Part shown: piece by piece, positions 35,053 to 43,707 of the stretch
Layout of the letters: each line of letters begins with the position of its first letter
Numbering within the stretch: position 1 is the first letter of the stretch
Assembly: GCA_030390025.1 (NCBI GenBank)
Contig: CM059431.1
Coordinates: forward strand, 137,642,001 to 137,706,000
Length of the DNA: 64,000 nt
Source of the DNA: Squalus acanthias
Lineage: Eukaryota
Reading direction: 5' to 3'
Program-made: the position numbers and the translations under genes
Notes under the pieces: generated by a model
Seen by the model: the letters and a program-made list of their open reading frames with translations, nothing else
Databases searched by the model: none
Told to the model about the DNA's origin: nothing

Positions 35053-35751
35053 GTGACTACGAGTGAGGCAGGTACAGGGATCCAGGAGGTAGTGTTGGAG
35101 GAGCCGCAGCCCTTGCTCTTGTCCAACAGGTTCGAGGCTCTTACTCCCTGTGTGGATAGGAGCGGGGACTGCAGGGAGGATGAGCAACCTGGCCACGGCA
35201 CCGTGGTAAGGGGGGCCATTCAAGTGGGGGGAGTAAAAAGAAATGTTGTAGTGGTAGGGGATAGTATCATTAGGGGGATAGATAGGGTTCTTTGCAGCCA
35301 AGAGCGAGAGTCCCGAAGGCTGTGTTGCCTGCCCGGTGCCAGGGTTAAGGACATCTCCTCTGGGCTGGAGAGAAACTTGGAGTGGGAGGGGGAGGATCCA
35401 GTTGTCGTGGTCCATGTTGGTACCAATGACATAGATAGGACAAGGAAAGAGGTTCTGCTGAGGGAGTTTGAGCAGCTAGGGGCCAAATTAAAAAGCAGAA
35501 CCTCGAGGGTAATAATCTCTGGATTACTACCTGAGCCACGAGCAAATTTGGCTTGGGTAAATAAAATCAGGGAGTTGAATGCGTGGCTCAAAGACTGGTG
35601 TGGGAAAAATGGGTTTTGCTTCTTGGGACACTGGCACCAGTACTGGGGCAGGAGAGAGCTGTTCCGTTGGGACGGACTTCACTTGGCCAGTGCTGGGACT
35701 AGTGTCCTGGCGAATCGAATAACTAGGGCTGTGGAGAGGGCTTTAAACTAA
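35053..35751 (+). CDS. CR1 ORF1, SGNH/GDSL esterase-like domain (N-terminal zinc finger/coiled coil lost by truncation)
   Basis: Blocks VVVVGDSIIRG, CCLPGARV, VVHVGTND, DGLHL. Esterase-domain ORF1s are established in fish CR1/L2 elements. Confidence 0.9.
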   Translation: MTTSEAGTGIQEVVLEEPQPLLLSNRFEALTPCVDRSGDCREDEQPGHGTVVRGAIQVGGVKRNVVVVGDSIIRGIDRVLCSQERESRRLCCLPGARVKDISSGLERNLEWEGEDPVVVVHVGTNDIDRTRKEVLLREFEQLGAKLKSRTSRVIISGLLPEPRANLAWVNKIRELNAWLKDWCGKNGFCFLGHWHQYWGRRELFRWDGLHLASAGTSVLANRITRAVERALN

Positions 35752-35789
35752 TTAGTGGGGGGGAGGTTTCAAGAGAGCAAAAAATAAAA

Positions 35790-38741
35790 ATGACAACAGA
35801 GAGGGTCATAGACATAGGTAGCAGTAGGGGAATCACAAATCAGAGCGTGGCAGGAAGGGACAGAGTGTGTGGAGTAAAAGGTAAACTGGTAAAAAGTGAA
35901 AAAGCAGGAACTAAGTGCCACAAAGCATATTTGAAAGTTCTCTATCTGAATGCACGTAGCATTCGTAACAAAATAGACGAGTTAATGGCACAAATAACTA
36001 CATATGGTTATGATATTGTGGCCATTACAGAAACATGGCTGCAGGGTGACAATGCCTGGGAATTAAACATACCAGGTTATTTAACGATCAGGAAGGACAG
36101 GCAGGAAGGAAGGGGAGGTGGGGTGGCTATGTTAATAAAGGAAGGAATCACTGTAATACAGAGTAATGATATTGGGTCAAAAAATCATGATAATGAAACA
36201 GTTTGGGTGGAGATAAGGAATAATAAGGGGAAAAAAACATTAGTGGGCGTAGTCTATAGGCCTCCGAACAGTTGCAACTCTATTGGACGGAGTATCAATC
36301 AGGAAATAGTTGAGGCATGTAATAAGGCAACATCTATAATTATGGGGAATTTTAACTATCATATTAATTGGACAAATCAAATGGGGCAGGGCTGCCTTGA
36401 GGATGAGTTCATTGAGTGTATTAGGGATGGGTTTCTTGAGCAGTATGTAACTGAACCGACCAGGGGGCAAGCAACCTTAGATCTGGTCCTGTGTAACGAG
36501 ACAGGATTAATTAAAAATGTCCTAGTAAAGGATCCCCTTGGAATGAGTGACCATAACATGGTTGAATTCCATATTCAATTAGAGGGTGAGAAGGTTGGAT
36601 CTCAAACAAGCGTGCTAAGCTTGAATAAAGGAGACTATGAAGGTATGCGAGCGGAATTGAGTAGAGTGGATTGGGAAAATAGATTAAAGGGTAAGACGAC
36701 ACATGATCAGTGGTGTACATTCAAGGAGTTATTTTACAACTTCCAAAAAAAATATATTCCACTGAAAAGAAAAGGGTGTAAAAGAAAGGACAGTCATCCG
36801 TGGCTAAGTAAAGAAATTAAGGATAGTATTCGACTAAAAACAAGGGCATATAAGGTAGCGAAATCTAGTGGGAGGACAGAGGATTGGGAAAACTTTAAAA
36901 GGCAGCAAAAAATAACAAAAAGATTGATTAAGAAAGGGAAGATAGATTATGAAAGTAAATTAGCAAAAAATATAAAAACAGATAGTAAGAGTTTTTATAG
37001 TTATATAAAAAGAAAAAGGGTGGCTAAAGTAAATGTTGGTCCCTTAGAGGATGAGACCGGGAAATTAATGGTGGGAAATATGGAGATGGCAAAAACACTG
37101 AATGAATATTTTGTATCAGTCTTTACAGTAGAGGACACTAAGAATATCCCAACACTGGACAAACAGGGGGCTATAGGGGGAGAGGAGCTAAACACGATCA
37201 AAATCACTAAGGAAGTGGTACTCGGTAAAATAATGGGACTCAAGGCGGATAAATCACCTGGACCTGATGGCTTACATCCTAGAGTCTTGAAGGAAGTGGC
37301 GGTAGGGATTGTAGATGCATTGGTAATAATTTTTCAAAACTCCCTGGATTCCGCTAAGGTCCCGGCAGACTGGAAAACTGCTAATGTAACACCCTTATTT
37401 AAAAAGGGCAGTAGACAGAAGGCTGGTAACTATAGACCGGTTAGCCTAACATCTGTGGTAGGTAAAATTTTGGAGTCCATTATTAAGGAAACAGTAACAG
37501 GACATTTGGATAATCATAATTTAATAGGACAAAGTCAGCATGGTTTTACGAAGGGGAAGTCATGTTTGACAAATTTGCTGGAGTTCTTTGAGGAAGTAAC
37601 ATATAGAGTGGATAAAGGGGAACCAGTGGACGTAGTGTATTTAGACTTCCAAAAGGCATTTGACAAGGTGCCACACAAAAGATTATTGCTTAAGGTAAAA
37701 AATCACGGGATTGGGGGTAATATTCTGGCATGGATAGAGGATTGGCTATCTAACAGAAAGCAAAGAGTTGGGATAAATGGTTCATTCTCAGACTGGCAAT
37801 CAGTAACTAGTGGTGTTCCACAGGGGTCAGTGCTGGGTCCCCAACTCTTCACAATCTATATTAACGATTTGGAGGAAGGGACCAAGTGTAACATATCAAA
37901 ATTTGCAGATGATACAAAGATGGGAGGGAAAGTAGTGAGTGAGGAGGACATAAAAAACCTGCAAGGGGACATAGACAGGCTAAGTAAGTGGGCAGAGATT
38001 TGGCAGATGGAATACAACACTGGAAAGTGTGAGGTGATGCACTTTGGCAGGAAAAATCCTAGAGCAATTTATTATCTTAATGGCAAGAAACTGGAGAGTA
38101 CTGAAGTGCAAAGGGATCTGGGGGTCCTGGTGCACGAAACTCAAAAGGTTAGTATGCAGGTGCAGCAAGTGATTAAGAAGGCAAATGGAATGTTGGCTTT
38201 CATTGCTAGGGGGATAGAATATAAAAATAGGGAGGTATTGCTTCAGTTGTACAAGGTATTGGTGAGACCGCACCTGGAATACTGCATACAGTTTTGGTGT
38301 CCTTACTTAAGGAAAGACATCCTTGCTCTCGAGGCAGTGCAAAAAAGGTTCACTCGGTTAATCCCGGGGATGAGGGGGTGGTCATATGAGGAGAGGTTGG
38401 GCAGATTGGGACTCTACTCATTGGAGTTCAGAAGAATGAGAGGCGATCTTATTGAAACATATAAGATTGTGAAGGGGTTGGATCGGGTGGATGCGGGGAG
38501 GATGTTCCCGATGACGGGTGAGACGAGAACTAGGGGACATAGTCTTAGAATAAGGGGCTGCTCTTTCAAAACTGAGATGAGGAGGAACTACTTCACTCAG
38601 AGGGTGGTAGGTCCATGGAATATGCTGCCACAAAAAGCTGTAGAAGCTACAACATTAATTAAATTTAAAACAGAAATAGACAGTTTCCTAGAAGTAAAGG
38701 GCATTAAGGGTTACGGGGAGCGGGCAGGAATTTGGACATGA
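35790..38741 (+). CDS. CR1 ORF2, 983 aa, APE endonuclease + reverse transcriptase
   Basis: YLNARS, ITETW, YRPP, G(N)FN, LDLV, SDH (APE); [34 protein letters not shown] (RT). Confidence 0.97.
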   Translation: MTTERVIDIGSSRGITNQSVAGRDRVCGVKGKLVKSEKAGTKCHKAYLKVLYLNARSIRNKIDELMAQITTYGYDIVAITETWLQGDNAWELNIPGYLTIRKDRQEGRGGGVAMLIKEGITVIQSNDIGSKNHDNETVWVEIRNNKGKKTLVGVVYRPPNSCNSIGRSINQEIVEACNKATSIIMGNFNYHINWTNQMGQGCLEDEFIECIRDGFLEQYVTEPTRGQATLDLVLCNETGLIKNVLVKDPLGMSDHNMVEFHIQLEGEKVGSQTSVLSLNKGDYEGMRAELSRVDWENRLKGKTTHDQWCTFKELFYNFQKKYIPLKRKGCKRKDSHPWLSKEIKDSIRLKTRAYKVAKSSGRTEDWENFKRQQKITKRLIKKGKIDYESKLAKNIKTDSKSFYSYIKRKRVAKVNVGPLEDETGKLMVGNMEMAKTLNEYFVSVFTVEDTKNIPTLDKQGAIGGEELNTIKITKEVVLGKIMGLKADKSPGPDGLHPRVLKEVAVGIVDALVIIFQNSLDSAKVPADWKTANVTPLFKKGSRQKAGNYRPVSLTSVVGKILESIIKETVTGHLDNHNLIGQSQHGFTKGKSCLTNLLEFFEEVTYRVDKGEPVDVVYLDFQKAFDKVPHKRLLLKVKNHGIGGNILAWIEDWLSNRKQRVGINGSFSDWQSVTSGVPQGSVLGPQLFTIYINDLEEGTKCNISKFADDTKMGGKVVSEEDIKNLQGDIDRLSKWAEIWQMEYNTGKCEVMHFGRKNPRAIYYLNGKKLESTEVQRDLGVLVHETQKVSMQVQQVIKKANGMLAFIARGIEYKNREVLLQLYKVLVRPHLEYCIQFWCPYLRKDILALEAVQKRFTRLIPGMRGWSYEERLGRLGLYSLEFRRMRGDLIETYKIVKGLDRVDAGRMFPMTGETRTRGHSLRIRGCSFKTEMRRNYFTQRVVGPWNMLPQKAVEATTLIKFKTEIDSFLEVKGIKGYGERAGIWT

Positions 38742-39109
38742 GTCTAGGTTCGGATCGGTCATGGCCCTGTGGGTAGTGGAGCGGGCCCAGGGACTGTGTA
38801 GCCTGATTCTGCTCCTATTTCGTGTGTGCAATTCTGTTAGATGCAGGAGATGGTTCTGTGATAGATAGTAGATTGGCGGTTAGGATCAGATCAGCCATGA
38901 TCTTATTGAATGGCGGAGCAGGCTCGAGGGGCCGATTGGCCTACTCCTGCTCCTATTTCTTATGTTCTTATGTTCTTATGCTGTGAGTTTGGGTAAGTGG
39001 GAGTAGTTCTTTAATTGTTAGTTCTCTTTAAATCATTCTTGATAAGAGTACTTAAGCAGTTTAAGTGAAGGGGAAAAGTTAACTATTTGGGATTCTGTTG
39101 GTTTAATCA

Positions 39110-42100
39110 GCCAGCAGAAGGAGAGTGAGGAGAGCAGCAGCAGCAGCAGCAGCAGAAGCAGAGTGGTGGTCTCATTGACCAGGGAAACTAGGAGGAACCA
39201 GACTGCAGACCACCACCAACATAGCCACTACAACTGAGGTGCCTGGAGAGAGAGGACAGGAGAGGAGAGGGAGAAAGAAAGGAAGGCCAAGACCAACACC
39301 AGAGGAGGAGAGGGCTTTCCATACTGCCTCCCCAATTGGCCTCCATTTTAGGAGAGGGAGAGAGGGGAGAAAACAACACCAGCAACCATCATCTGCTTGG
39401 AAGGAGGGAGGAAGAAAGAAAGAACAACTACAGGTGGGTGTTATTTTGGTGCACTCTCCCAGAGACTTTGTTTTGTAGGTGGGGGGAGGAAAGAAGAATA
39501 GAAGAAGGCCGGTAGATCCAAGGGGTGTGTGTGTGTGTGTGTGTGGCTTTTGTAAAGGCTAGGCCGCACACACCACTAATTAAACACCCCTTCCAATTGC
39601 CTGACCTGGGACAGCTGGAGCTGCCTAGGTGAAGTCCCCAATTCATTTTCATCTGATTGGGCATCGTTAAGACCTGGTGCAGGACTGAGCCTGGGCATCT
39701 CCAGCTTTCCCAGGTGAAGACATCTTCTCCCCCCACCAGAAGACCACCGACAAGAAAGACTTTTATTTACATCGGAGAGTGCACCCCCTGCCAACACCCA
39801 CCCACCATCCTGAGTGGCGACCCTGCCCTTGCGGCTTCCCTCCTTCCCACCCCCTCTCTCTCTCTCTTTGTCTCTTGTCTCTCTCTGCCTCTCTCTCTAT
39901 CAGAGAGGCACCTCATTTACTTTTATTAATTGCCCATTGAGTAGAGGGGAGAAGGCCCCTCTCCTAATCAATTCATATAACGGGAGAGGTGTGCCTTCAA
40001 TTTAACAGCTCCCTCTGCTCAGGGAAAAAAAAACATATATACCGAGGCCATTAACACCTTCAGGCCTGTGACTTGGGGTGAGTGTAGCCCTTAAAAGACC
40101 CACCCATTATGGCGACCACATCTTCGTCGGTGGCGGGGGCAGCGAGGATGTATGCAAGCGTGGCAGCCGCGGCCACGGCCGCAGCCACGGGTCCTCCTGT
40201 TACCCCGTCACCCTTTACACTCCTGACAAGGAAGAATGGGGTCAAGAGCTACACTCACCCCAACATGAGTATAGAGGCGTGCGTCAAAGCCATGGCTGGG
40301 GTTGTCGGCCCTTCAGCCATCGTTGCCGCCTCTAAGATGTACGGCAAGGCTGTGTTCTTCCTGGGGTCGGAGCGGGCGGTGTCCCTGGCCATTGAGAAGG
40401 GGCTCACCGTGGGCGTGGCCTTCCTGCCAGTGGGCCCCCTTGAGGCCACCACGCAGAGAATTGTAATCTCTAACGTCTTGCCCTTTGTTCCGGGTGAGCT
40501 CCTCCTCCCCCACCTACGTCAACTGGGGGAGGTGAGGTCGGGGATCACACCCATCCCGCTCGGCTTCCGGGAAGCCAGCCTCCAGCACGTCTTCTCCTTC
40601 CGGCGCCAGCTTTTCGTCTGGCTGGCGCGGGAGGAGGACCTGGATGGCACGTTCATGGTGCTCCACGGGGGGACCGCCCATCGAGTCTTCTGGACCTCGG
40701 ACGGCGTGCGGTGCTACGCCTGTAAGGAGGTGGGGCACGTCCGGAAAATCTGCCCCGCCTCCAAGGCCGCCACGACACCTAGCGCGGCCAGGACTGGCGC
40801 CGCCGCCCCCCCTCCCCCTGATACTACCTGCGCATCGAAATCCACAGATGCGCGGTCGACGTCGGGGGCAAACACCATCACGGCCTCCGGCGGGGGGAAG
40901 GGAAAGCGTCCGAGGGGAAGAAAGGCGCTGAAAAAGACCAAGCACCTCAGGGCGGGTCCCCTCTTGGAGGAAACAACCGAACTACAGGAACTCACGCCCT
41001 CGCTCCTCGCGGAGTTAACAGGGACGCATGAGATTGGGGGCGTCCTCGTGCCCGGGCCCATGACCGCAACTGCCAAGTCACATAAATCAAGACCTGCGGC
41101 CGGTCTCGGGCCCGAGAGACCCAAGGAACCCAGTCATCGGGAGGGGGCGGAGAGGGAGGCCCCAGCAGACATGGAGGCCTCCGCCTCTCCGGGCCCCAAC
41201 ATGTTAAAAATGAGGCACGACCCCCAGGAGGAGGACAGCGAGGTGGAAGGTCCCTCCGCACAAGGGGAGTCGTCGCCCGTCGCGGGTGCTGTGCCCCACC
41301 CCACCACCGTCACCATCGCGTGCGATCGGCAGGGGTCTCCTGTCCCTCGGGAGGGTGAGACAGCCGAGTCTGTCGGACCCGTGCCTCCCTGGGATGGGGA
41401 AGAGACCCTGCCCGTGGAGGCGTTTCCTGTACGGGCTGCTCCTGCACACTCTCCACTTTGCAATCTTCATCTGCCGTCTGGACACGCCTTGGCGTACCAT
41501 CTTGCCGTCCGGCGGAGGCGAAGGTCCCCAATGGAGGGCTCTCTACGCGGGAGTCTTCCCTTGTTCTATTGGGGACTTGGCCTGGAGGGTGTTGCACGGA
41601 GCTGTCCCGTGCAATAGGTTGTTAAGTAGGTTTACGGACTCCCAGGCCGCTTGCCATTTCTGCGGCCTGGAGGAGTCCGTATTTCACATATACGTAGAGT
41701 GTGAGAGGTTGCAGCCCCTCTTTCATTACCTGAAGGGGCTGCTCCTCAATTTCTGGTTGCACTTCAGCCCCACGCTCCTGATCTACGGTCACCCGGTGCG
41801 GAGGAGAGCGGGCGGGTCGTAGGACCTCCTCGTGGGACTGCTCCTGGGCCTGGCTAAGAAAGCCATTAATTGTTCCAGGCAGCGGGCGGTCGAGGGAGTC
41901 GTTCGGCCCGATTGCCTGCCTCTCTTCCGCGGCCATGTTCGCGCCCGGGTGGCCCTGGAGATGGAGCACGCAGTGTCCGCCGGCATGCTTGAGTTTTTCC
42001 GCGACCGGTGGGTGCCGCTTGGGCTGGAGGGCATCGTCACCCCGGACTACCAAATTTTAATTTGATTTCTTAAGTTTCCTTTAAAGTTTTACTAAGTTAC

Positions 42101-42110
42101 AGATATTTAA
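39110..42110 (+). mobile_element. Tx1/L1-clade element with internal deletion of EN and RT
   Basis: ~1-kb 5' UTR, ORF1 from 40109, then directly the ORF2 C-terminal zinc-binding region (WRVLHGAVPCN...CHFCGLEESVFHIYVEC). Near-perfect TSD TTGGTTT(A/G)ATCA at 39098-39109 and 42111-42122. Confidence 0.85.
40109..41617 (+). CDS. Tx1-type ORF1 (gag-like, CCHC zinc knuckle); C-terminus reads out of frame into the ORF2 remnant
   Basis: SIEACVKAMAGVVGPSAIVAASKMYGKAVFFL...ISNVLPFVP...HVFSFRRQ...CYACKEVGHVRKIC (CX2CX4HX4C), followed by low-complexity sequence. Confidence 0.85.
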   Translation: MATTSSSVAGAARMYASVAAAATAAATGPPVTPSPFTLLTRKNGVKSYTHPNMSIEACVKAMAGVVGPSAIVAASKMYGKAVFFLGSERAVSLAIEKGLTVGVAFLPVGPLEATTQRIVISNVLPFVPGELLLPHLRQLGEVRSGITPIPLGFREASLQHVFSFRRQLFVWLAREEDLDGTFMVLHGGTAHRVFWTSDGVRCYACKEVGHVRKICPASKAATTPSAARTGAAAPPPPDTTCASKSTDARSTSGANTITASGGGKGKRPRGRKALKKTKHLRAGPLLEETTELQELTPSLLAELTGTHEIGGVLVPGPMTATAKSHKSRPAAGLGPERPKEPSHREGAEREAPADMEASASPGPNMLKMRHDPQEEDSEVEGPSAQGESSPVAGAVPHPTTVTIACDRQGSPVPREGETAESVGPVPPWDGEETLPVEAFPVRAAPAHSPLCNLHLPSGHALAYHLAVRRRRRSPMEGSLRGSLPLFYWGLGLEGVARSCPVQ

Positions 42111-42258
42111 TTGGTTTGATCAAATGAGTAAGAAGAGTAAAACAAGGTTAGACTGCAGTAGCAGTAAATTGGCACAGCACGCAGTGGAAACCAGTTTTCT
42201 AATCAATCAGCAGGGGTGACACATTTGGCTGTAAACAAACAAACAGTATAAAAAGACC

Positions 42259-42427
42259 TCCTTAAATCTATTTGATTTCCGGCTCTTCCCAGTTCTGACG
42301 AAAGGTCATCGACCTGAAACGTTAATTCTTTCTCTCTCCACGGATGTTGTCTGGCCCGCTGAGTTTTTCCAGCGTTTTCTGTTGTTATTTCGGATTTCCA
42401 GCATCCGCAGTATTTTGCTATCGTATT
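42259..42427 (+). mobile_element. Solo PLE pLTR insertion with hammerhead motif (42291-42327)
   Basis: AGTT CTGACGA A AGGTC ATC GACCT GAAAC GTT AATT. 14-bp TSD AGTATAAAAAGACC at 42245-42258 and 42428-42441. The 3' end TTTTGCTATCGTATT is identical to 4979-4993. Confidence 0.88.
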
Positions 42428-42713
42428 AGTATAAAAAGACCAGTGTGAGTGCGAGCAAGCACTGAGTGCTGTGAGTTTGGGTAAGTGGGAATTCGGGTGA
42501 GTGGAGTGTAGGGTGCTCTTTTTAAACTTAAACTCTGTGAGTTGTAGTTAATAAGGCCTTTCTGGTGCAGAGTGACTGTTGGTACACCATTTAACTGGTG
42601 TAATTTGGAGGGATTGATTTAATTTAAATCCAATTACTTAGAGGGGATACTCGCATCTATAATCGGGCAGAGTGTCCATAACTAGCAATAAAAAATGTAA
42701 TTAATTACATAGA

Positions 42714-43667
42714 ATGGAGCAGGTGATGTGTTACTGTTGCGAGATGTGGGAGCCGGTGGACCCCATTGATGCTCACGGTGATTACATCTGTGACAAGTGT
42801 CTGTTGCTACAGGAACTCCGGCTCCGTGTTGATGAGCTGGAGTCTGAGCTTCAGACACTGCGACACATCAGGGAGGGGGAGAAGTACCTGGACTCTGTGT
42901 TTCAGCAGGTGGTCACACCTATGAAGTTAACTAATTCAGATGTAGCCCATGGTCAGGGACAGGACGGTGTGACTACGAGTGAGGCAGGTACGGGGATCCA
43001 GGAGGTAGTGTTGGAGGAGCCGCAGCCCTTGCTCTTGTCCAACAGGTTCGAGGTTCTTACTCCCTGAGGGGACAGGAGCAGGTACTGCAGGTAGGATGAG
43101 CAACCTGGCCACAGGACCGTGGAACGGGGGGCCATTCAAGAGGGGGGAGTAAATAGAAATGTTGTAGTGGTAGGGGATAGTATTATTAGGGGGATAAAGT
43201 TCTCTGCAGCCGAGAGCGAGAGTCCCGTAGGCTGTGTTGCCTGCCCGGTTCCATGGTTAAGGACATCTCCTCTGGGCTGGAAAGAAACTTGCAGTGGGAG
43301 GGGGTGGATTCAGTTGTCGTGGTCCATGTTGGTACAAACGACGTAGATAGGACAAGGAAGCCGGTTCTGTTAAAGGAGTTTGAGCAGCTAGGGGTCAAAT
43401 TAAAAAAAAAACAGGACCTCAAGGGTAATAATCTCTTGATTATTACCTGAGCCACGAGCGAATTTGGCTAGGACAAATAAAATTAGAGAGTTAAATGAGT
43501 GGCTCAAAGACTGGTGTGGAAGAAATGGGTTTTGCTTCCTGGGACACTGGCACCAGTACTGGGGCAGGAGGGAGCTGTTCTGTTGGGGCGGGCTTCACTT
43601 GGCCAGTGCTGGGACTAGAGTCCTGGCAGATCATATAATTAGGGCTATAGAGAGGGCTTTAAACTAA
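42714..43667 (+). pseudogene. Outer CR1 ORF1 (zinc finger + coiled coil + esterase), disrupted
   Basis: MEQVMCYCCEMW...YICDKCLLLQELRLRVDELESELQTL; stop at 43065-43067; frameshifted GDS/GTND/GLHL blocks. Confidence 0.9.
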
Positions 43668-43707
43668 CTAGTTCTGGGGGGAGGTTCCTAGAGAGCAAAT
43701 AATAAAG

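Larger units (their letters stand above)
35020..38980 (+). mobile_element. Young CR1, truncated within ORF1, with an uninterrupted ORF2
   Basis: Starts at tcagaagtagccc (equivalent to 42936 in the outer copy) and ends in a (TATGTTCT)n tail; short TGCT duplication at both junctions. Confidence 0.93.

Noticed and set aside
36240..38633. Antisense ORFs within CR1 copies (also at 1765-2574, 13759-15716, 44920-46553, 57198-58807)
   Set aside because: They are shadow frames of RT-coding sequence, recurring only because the elements are repeated.
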